64,000 nt of DNA, from contig NC_068991.1 in the NCBI RefSeq assembly GCF_001194135.2, positions 8,412,526-8,476,525 of the forward strand, given 5' to 3'. Shown in pieces: positions 58,155 through 64,000 of this stretch (within the stretch, counting starts at the first letter, position 1; each line of letters begins with the position of its first letter). The notes beneath the pieces were generated by a model, which saw only the letters and a list, made by a program, of their open reading frames with translations, searched no databases and was not told the origin of the DNA. The translations under genes and the position numbers were made by a program. Source of the DNA: Octopus bimaculoides. Taxonomy: Eukaryota.

Positions 58155-61100
58155 CTTCTTATTTTGGGTTTCAAAATATTGATTTATTTTCAGTTGAATG
58201 TCTTGGAAAGATCTTTTTACTCCTTCTATGTGTGTACTGCTGTCAGAAAATTCTTTTTCTTCCTTGATCCTATGCGAACTGGAAAGATTAAAATTCTGGA
58301 TATCCTTGCCTGTGGTTTTCTTGATAATTTATTAGAGGTAAGTTTGGATTCGTAGAGAATACATATTAGCATGAATTATCACTGATCTAACAAGAGAATT
58401 TAGATAAGTAACAATTTACATCAGCTCAGTTTACATGATATTGTTTACATCGTCATCATTTAACATTCTCCTTCCATTTTGTTTGCTTATATAACATCCT
58501 GTTTCCTAGTATTTCTGAATTTTGAACTTAACTTCAGTGATCTAACAATGGTTGATGTCAATAATGCTGCACTAGACAGCCTTGTCTGTCTGTCAGTCTG
58601 ACTGACTGACAGAGCTTCAGTTATAATGCCACAAATAGTGTAGGAATCCTTTGAGAGGATTTGACTAGTTAAAAAGATGCTTTTGTTCTAGATATGGTAA
58701 TGTACTGCTCCAGTTTACCAGTTTGTAATATTTTTTTGTAGTTACGTGATGAAGAACTCTCAAAAGAAATGCAAGAATCTAACTGGTTTTCAGCACCGTC
58801 TGCTTTGCGTGTATATGGTCAGTATCTAAATTTGGATAAAGACCACAATGGTATGCTTAGCAAAGAAGAATTATCCAGGTAATTATTATTATATTGTTTA
58901 ATTCTAAAAGTTGTCTTATTTAACCTGTTTTAAAATGTAAGGCTGCAGATTTGACGACTTTTGTTTGTTTTCAGAAAGTTGTTTTGTTAACTTTGTTATA
59001 AATTTGGTTTTAAACGTTAGGCTCCTTCTCTCATACTGTAACCCCTTATCTAGTATAATGCCTCCTCCCTGTCTACTGTAGCTCTACCCAGTTGTAGGAG
59101 ATCTTAGTCTTGCAAACTGCACAGTGATTTAACTAGTGCTGGTGCCATGAAAAAAAAAAAAAAAAAGCATCTAATACACACTGTAATGTGGCTGGTGTTA
59201 GGAAGGGGATCCAGCTATGGAAACCACATTAAAGTTAACATTTGAGCATGATGTAGTCCTCGGACCCATCAGATCTTGTCAACCCAACCTACACATGTCA
59301 GTAAGGAACATGGATTTAAATGGTGTTGATCAGGAAGCCTGAACAGCCCTCCAGCTGGTCAGCTCCTGTCAAACTGTCCAACCCATGTCTGCATAGAAAA
59401 CGGACATTAAATGATGATGATGATTCTTGTTTCAGTAAAACTATAAATTTTAAGTTGTTATACCAACAGCTGTGAATTGTTAGGTGAGCTAGCAGAATTG
59501 TTGGCACGTGAGACACAAACTGCTTAGTGACATTTCTTTCAGCTTGTTACATTCTGAGTTCAAATTTTGCTGAGGTCGACTTTGCGTTTCATTCTTTCAA
59601 TTTTAATAAAATAAGTACCAGTTGAACACTGGGGTCGATGTAATCAACTTACCTCTTTCCCTAAAATTGCTGGCCTTGTGCCAAAATTAGAAAGAATTAT
59701 TTCTGAGTTGTTATGATTTTAAATTAATTCTTTCCACCACAGATATGGTACAGGAACTTTGACTGATGTTTTTCTTGACAGAATATTCCAGGAATGCTTA
59801 ACTTATGATGGAGAAATGGTTAGTATTAAAGACCTTTGTATATATATAGCAAAGACCTTTGCTATATTTTTAGATTTGTTTTTATGTAACTTTCTATTGA
59901 CAGCTGCCTTCATTCCTATCCTCATCATCTTGTTTGTTGTTTTTATTTCTCAATTTGATTTCTTGTTTTTTAATTTGTAGATATCGAGTAGATTTATTTG
60001 TTTGTTAAACCCAGACATTCGAGAATACTTGTTAAAGACTCGGGATTACCACTTCAAAATTATTTCTATCTGATTTAGATAACAGCAGTTTTAGAATTTT
60101 TAATTTGCAAATGTTTTAAAAATTAATTCAAATTGATTCAATAGTTCAACCAATTAAAATTGATTCAATAGTTCAACCAGGACTCAATGATAAATTTCAG
60201 CTAGAAATTATTTTCGTAAATGTTGATTGCATATGAACTAGTTACATTGCTTTAAATGAAGGAAAAATATAATGCATTCATTGGGAGAAACTGTTGATGG
60301 TGTTGAGTTACAGAATAGGTAGTTTACATATCATACATGTACAAAAATAAAAAGATAATAAACCAATCCATTGGGAGAGAAAAATAGAGTTGATGTTAGT
60401 ATTAAGATATTTTTTGGTTTCATGATTGGATAGATACAATTTGCATCCTTGTGAAGTAATATATAAATTATAATATTCAATTTACGTACCATGTAAAAAG
60501 CACCCCATGCTGGTACCATGTTAAAATGCACCTGTGCTGGCATCATGTAGAAGGCACCCATGCTGGTGCTATGTAAGGAGCATCCATGCTGGCATGAAGT
60601 AAAAATGCATCCCATGTCTGTGCCATGTGAATAACACCCAGTACACTCTGTAAAGTGGTTGGCATTAGGAAGGGCACCCAGTCATAGAAACAATGCTACA
60701 AAAATCTGATTGAGACCTGGTGCAGTCCTCTGGCTTGCCAGCATAGAAAATGAACATTTAATGATGATGGTGATAATTTTTAATTGAATATCAAAAAAAA
60801 AAAGAAATTTTTTAAATAGCCTTTTTCCAAAACTTAATGGATTCATTAGTCTAATATTTCTAATTTATTTTTCAGGACTACAAAACTTATCTTGATTTTG
60901 TTTTAGCCTTGGAGAATCGGAAAGAGCCCCAGTCATTACAGTACCTTTTTCGTATTTTAGATGTACAGCAGAAAGGTTATCTTGATACATTCTCACTCAA
61001 TTATTTTTATCGAGTAAGTACACAGTTGTAGTTTTATCCTTCCTGCCAGAATTGATTTGGCTTCATGTGCTAACGTTTACCTGAGATACAGTCTACTCTT

Positions 61101-62083
61101 TCATAGGTTTTTTTTTTTTTTTCTTCTGTTGCCATCCTGTTTCACCAGTCCTCATTCAAATCGTTCAACCCATGCTAGCATGGAAAGCGGACGTTAAACG
61201 ATGATGATGATGATGCCCTAAGACTCTTTAGGCCAGTTACCTGGCCTTAAGAGCCCTAGCAAAAGATATGTTTAATACAAATTACAAATCCTAAAACTGT
61301 TTACAAATACAGTAGTACCTTACATAAATATATATATATATGTATAAGGCATGATTCATTTGTGATCAGAGTTGTATGAAAACCGAGGTAGTACTGTACT
61401 TGAATTTGACAGATTTCAATGTGTATAGACTCTAATGAACATTTACGTTACTTAGCTGCCTAAAGGCGGTGAGCTGGCAGAAGTGTTAGCATGCCGCGCG
61501 AAATGCTAGCGGTTTTTTTTGTCTGTCTTCACGTTCTGAGTTCAAATTCTGCCGAGGTCGACTTTGCCTTTCATCCTTTCAGGGTGAATAAATTAAGTAT
61601 CAGTTGCGTACTGGGGTCGATCTAATCGACTGGCCTCCCTCCCCAAAAATTTTGGGCCTTGTGCCAAGAGTAAAGAGTAAATTAACTACCAGTTGCGTAG
61701 AAAGAATTATTTAACTGCTTTAACTGAACTGAGTAGAATTAACAATTATTGGATGTAAGCCAGTCCTCAGTCAAATCGTCCAACCCATGCTAGCATGGAA
61801 AGTGGACGTTAAACGATGATGATGAAGGCAATTATTGGATGAGTATGTTACATACTCATAAAAAATTAGTCTGAGAATATACTTAATTAAAAAGCTAAAT
61901 GAATGTATTGTGCAATTATGTTTTACGTTTAGTTATGTAAATTAAATTATTTCAGGCTATTCAAGAACAAATGAAAAGACATAAACAAGAACCAATATTA
62001 TTTGAAGACGTCAGAGATGAAATATTTGATATGGTGAAACCAAAAGAACCTTTTAAAATAACTCTACAAGATTTAATTCATAG
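44634..62083 (+). CDS. PPP2R3C: Serine/threonine-protein phosphatase 2A regulatory subunit B'' gamma (12 exons seen, last exon not found)
   Basis: Exons 44634-44718, 47406-47533, 48443-48492, 48629-48683, 49472-49584, 50332-50500, 51653-51697, 58194-58337, 58742-58878, 59743-59818, 60876-61013, 61956-62083, all GT-AG and in phase (1268 nt). Motifs MQFFNYVMRKVWLHQTRIGLSLYD, SFYSFYVCTAVRKFFFFLDP, EF-hand DKDHNGMLSKEEL, DYKTYLDFVLALENRKEP. Confidence 0.96.
44990..45552. mobile_element. Foldback/MITE-like element with ~228 bp near-perfect inverted arms and ~105 bp spacer, flanked by (TA)n
   Basis: Left arm about 44990-45217 is the reverse complement of about 45323-45552 with only a few mismatches/indels. 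Confidence 0.88.
45965..46402. mobile_element. Cluster of three family A SINE pieces (one -, two +)
   Basis: Partial reverse copy followed by two forward copies. Confidence 0.7.
46415..46810. mobile_element. Tigger/pogo-like non-autonomous MITE
   Basis: TIRs CAGGTCGTCGTCGAGTTACGAC / reverse complement CAGGGCGTTGTCGACTTACGAC; TA on both sides; subterminal CTTACGAC repeats. Confidence 0.8.
47406..47533 (+). CDS. PPP2R3C: PPP2R3C exon 2 (…ELFTKYYQLWKG…IPKFYCQ)
   Basis: ttttag / gtaagc; 128 nt. Confidence 0.92.
47790..48312 (+). mobile_element. RTE LINE 3' end plus 3' UTR
   Basis: RKTWDEVLKNDL remnant, then the shared tail ending ttaaacgatgatgatg. Confidence 0.82.
48443..48492 (+). CDS. PPP2R3C: PPP2R3C exon 3 (LPLEEEILLQKVREEA)
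   Basis: ctttag / gtaatt; 50 nt. Confidence 0.9.
48629..48683 (+). CDS. PPP2R3C: PPP2R3C exon 4 (RALFLQRRSRVLLGNEELQ)
   Basis: tgttag / gtaata; 55 nt. Confidence 0.9.
49472..49584 (+). CDS. PPP2R3C: PPP2R3C exon 5 (HLWFLLDKHHTPP…AGSKC)
   Basis: ttgtag / gtatga; 113 nt. Confidence 0.93.
49690..50195 (+). mobile_element. Long RTE-tail repeat with several ~60-bp modules
   Basis: Repeated gtgc…gcacgtaaaa…caccatt(t)tgagc units, ends ttaaacgatgatgatg. Confidence 0.8.
50332..50500 (+). CDS. PPP2R3C: PPP2R3C exon 6 (…MQFFNYVMRKVW…YLKET)
   Basis: ttttag / gtaagc; 169 nt. Confidence 0.95.
50636..51010 (+). mobile_element. SINE family B
   Basis: Same body; partial copies also at about 47150-47302 (-), 57598-57750 (+), 62490-62725 (+). 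Confidence 0.85.
51653..51697 (+). CDS. PPP2R3C: PPP2R3C exon 7 (DLENYILELIPTLPR)
   Basis: ctgcag / gtaagt; 45 nt. Confidence 0.93.
52775..53575 (-). mobile_element. 5'-truncated RTE-clade LINE (RT C-terminus, gap, 3' UTR with (GAT)n tail)
   Basis: ORF MLRWMC…RRLRWYGHVVRMEEDSCVKK…GRGRPRKTWAEVVRQDL, followed across the gap by the abundant tail ending TTAAACGATGATG. Confidence 0.9.
55075..56030 (-). mobile_element. Decayed RTE LINE fragment plus tail
   Basis: VEVVDSFHYL motif, homology to 53309-53575, (GAT)n tail at about 55075. Confidence 0.8.
56528..57087. mobile_element. Second TTAA-flanked MITE family carrying a nested RTE-tail insertion (about 56815-57020)
   Basis: Left TTAACCCTTTAGCACTGATTACTCTGTCAAATGTAATG matches the reverse complement of right CATTACATTTGATAGAGTAATCAGAATGCTCAAGAGTTAA; a solo right end also at about 11100-11183. 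Confidence 0.72.
57879..57924 (+). ncRNA. Minimal type I hammerhead ribozyme motif within a repeat fragment (about 57825-57985)
   Basis: gacat-CTGATGA-a-ggctg(cagggtatat)cagac-GAAA-CG-TT-gtgtt: stem I gacat/gtgtt, stem II with one mismatch, palindromic ACGT stem III. Confidence 0.65.
58194..58337 (+). CDS. PPP2R3C: PPP2R3C exon 8 (LNVLERSFYSFY…DNLLE)
   Basis: tttcag / gtaagt; 144 nt. Confidence 0.95.
58742..58878 (+). CDS. PPP2R3C: PPP2R3C exon 9 (LRDEELSKE…DKDHNGMLSKEELS)
   Basis: ttgtag / gtaatt; 137 nt. Confidence 0.95.
59478..59692 (+). mobile_element. SINE family A
   Basis: Consensus match; ends about 50 nt before PPP2R3C exon 10. Confidence 0.83.
59743..59818 (+). CDS. PPP2R3C: PPP2R3C exon 10 (RYGTGTLTDVFLDRIFQECLTYDGEM)
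   Basis: ccacag / gttagt; 76 nt. Confidence 0.95.
60488..60770 (+). mobile_element. RTE-tail repeat with about 6 tandem 26-27 bp units
   Basis: Unit approximates GCTGGTGCCATGTAAAAAGCACCCAT. Confidence 0.78.
60876..61013 (+). CDS. PPP2R3C: PPP2R3C exon 11 (DYKTYLDF…LNYFYR)
   Basis: tttcag / gtaagt; 138 nt. Confidence 0.95.
61310..61396. mobile_element. Internally deleted Tigger-like MITE (87 bp)
   Basis: TA-CAGTAGTACCT ... AGGTAGTACTG-TA, 11-bp TIR with 1 mismatch. Confidence 0.6.
61463..61670 (+). mobile_element. SINE family A (another begins at about 63940 and is cut by the window end)
   Basis: Consensus match. Confidence 0.85.
61956..62083 (+). CDS. PPP2R3C: PPP2R3C exon 12 (AIQEQMK…DEIFDMVKP…LQDLIH)
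   Basis: tttcag / gtgagt; 128 nt. Confidence 0.95.
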
Positions 62084-63572
62084 GTGAGTTTATTTTTTTT
62101 TATTTTAGGACAAATAAGTACTGGCTATGCATTGTTGACTCTACATAACACACGTTCATGATCATCAACATTTAACATCCGTTTTCCATGCTGGCATGGG
62201 TTGGACAACTTGACAGGAGCTGGCCAGCTAAAGGGCTGTTCAGGTTCCCTGTCTGTTATGGCTTGGTTTCTATGGCTGGATGCCTTTCTTAATGCCAACA
62301 ACTTTGCAGAGTGTACTGGGTGCTTTTACACAGGACTGGCACTGTACTCTAACGTGGCACCAGCACAGGTGCTTTTTATGTGGCACCTGCACTTTATTTT
62401 CTGATTTAGGTCTGAGACTCGTTTTTAACTTATTTCAGAATACTAAACCTGAAAATCATTAATTTTTGTTTTCCACATCAATTTTTTATTCTGTGATGTC
62501 TTGTGTGTGTATATATATGTGTATATATATATATATATATGTATTTGTGTGTCTGTCCTCCTACCATTGCTTGACAACTGTAACTTAGTGGGTTTGCAAA
62601 AGTGACCGATAGAATAAGTACTAGGCTTTAGAAAAAAAATTAATACTGGAGTTGATTCAGTCAACTAAAAAAGATTCTTCAAAGTGGTGCCCCAGCATGG
62701 CCATGCTAGACTGAAACAAGTAAGAGAAAACGGAAAAAAAAAATTGGTGAACGATTTTCTCCCTTTAAGCACACACACACACACTGCCTGTCATTTTATT
62801 TCTCTCTCTCTCTCAATACAAAAACGTTTATATTGTTATTNNNNNNNNNNNNNNNNNNNNNNNNNNNNNNNNNNNNNNNNNNNNNNNNNNNNNNNNNNNN
62901 NNNNNNNNNNTTTAAAAAAGATTTATGAAAATACTAATTAAATTGAAGTGATTTAGATATATATATATATATATTTTTTTAGCTGTTTAAAAAATAAATT
63001 GAAGGTGTCTTTTGTAAAGAAGTTCCTCAAAAAATAAGCACGTTTTTAAAGTCATTTATTTTTCCTCTGAATTTAAAGAAACAAATATTTTTTCCTTTAC
63101 AAAATAGGATTTTCCAATAAAACAAAAAACAACTGAGTAATTTAATTGAATGTAATTACTTTTCTTTTTTTTTTAAGTATATTTTGGCATGTTAATATGT
63201 ATGTAGCTCTTAATTCTGAGGATCATCATTTAATGCCCACTTTTTCATGCTTGCATGGGTCAGACACATCTGTTGAGATAAATTTTCCATGGAGAGATGC
63301 TCTTCCTGTAGCATACTCTAACCTGTTTCCAAGCAAGGAAATACCTCCCCATGGTCAGAAATGTTTGTCATGGAAGACCTGGAAATGAATGATGTTGCTT
63401 GTATGACACTGATGCTTGTTTACAACCATTGTGTTATGTCAAGAAAGCTTGTGATCAGAGATGCACATTTTGTCAGCCACTAAGGGACACGCTCAACTGG
63501 TCAAGGTCAAACAACTGACAAGCAAACTTGTGGTATTGAGCAGAATATATTTGCTGTAGCCCATATCATTAT

Positions 63573-63923
63573 TATTACCTCCACCTTGAAGGCGGAGGTG
63601 TTGTTTTCAGTCTTGTTTGTCTGTGGACAAAATATCTCAAGAACCACTGGATGGATTTGGATGAAACTTTCAGGGATGTTTGGCCTTGTGACTGGCACAA
63701 ACTGATTAGATTTTGGGATCAATCCGGTACTGGACAAGAATTCTGAATTATTTTCCGTTTTTAATTAATTTTTGAGAGCGGTTGGGTTCATTTTTAGTAT
63801 TCTTGTTTGTGAGAGTTGTCAAGTTTATTTCAGCTATTCTCATTTTAAAAATCATCTCCGGCTAATCGTTGAGGACTTTGGTGTTGCTTTGGCGGAGGTT
63901 TGCGCTCTCTGAGTGCTCTTGTT
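63573..63923 (+). mobile_element. Non-autonomous Helentron/Helitron-like (DINE-type) element
   Basis: 5' hairpin acctccacc-ttgaa-ggcggaggt, 3' subterminal GGCGGAGGT at 63891-63899 and terminal stem-loop gcgctc-tct-gagtgc; T-rich flanks. Confidence 0.65.
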
Positions 63924-64000
63924 GTAATTATTATTAAGACAGTGAGCTGGCAGAATGTTCAGCAGCAATTTTGTTCATCTTCACATTCAGAGTTCAAATA

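Noticed and set aside
62084-64000. PPP2R3C terminal exon (expected …LIDLNGFWTYENRE)
   Set aside because: Not found in the visible sequence; it lies beyond the window or in the 62841-62910 gap, so it was not annotated.

Overview
AT-rich, repeat-dense animal genomic DNA with N gaps. The SINE/RTE content and gene style suggest an octopus-like cephalopod draft assembly (inference). Four protein-coding genes are well supported. (1) An 8-exon eIF3k on the minus strand (8595-16465); its third intron has U12-type signals and its start has a TOP-like pyrimidine tract. (2) An intronless BTB-BACK/degenerate-Kelch gene (+, 20427-22481). (3) An intronless LBR/TM7SF2-type delta14-sterol reductase (-, 43032-44327). 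(4) PPP2R3C, head-to-head with it; 12 exons are visible (+, 44634-62083) and the last exon was not found. The rest is tRNA-derived SINEs, 5'-truncated RTE LINEs, a decayed mariner, piggyBac-like, Tigger/pogo-like and foldback MITEs, a Helentron-like element, a U2 snRNA retro-fragment and microsatellites. Most notable extras: minimal hammerhead ribozyme motifs, a ~560 bp foldback in PPP2R3C intron 1, a genomic Gln at a normally Arg position of the sterol reductase that A-to-I editing could restore, and a phase-compatible two-exon 3' end of an unrecognised gene at 35.8-36.7 kb. Repeat boundaries are approximate; exon boundaries were read by hand.
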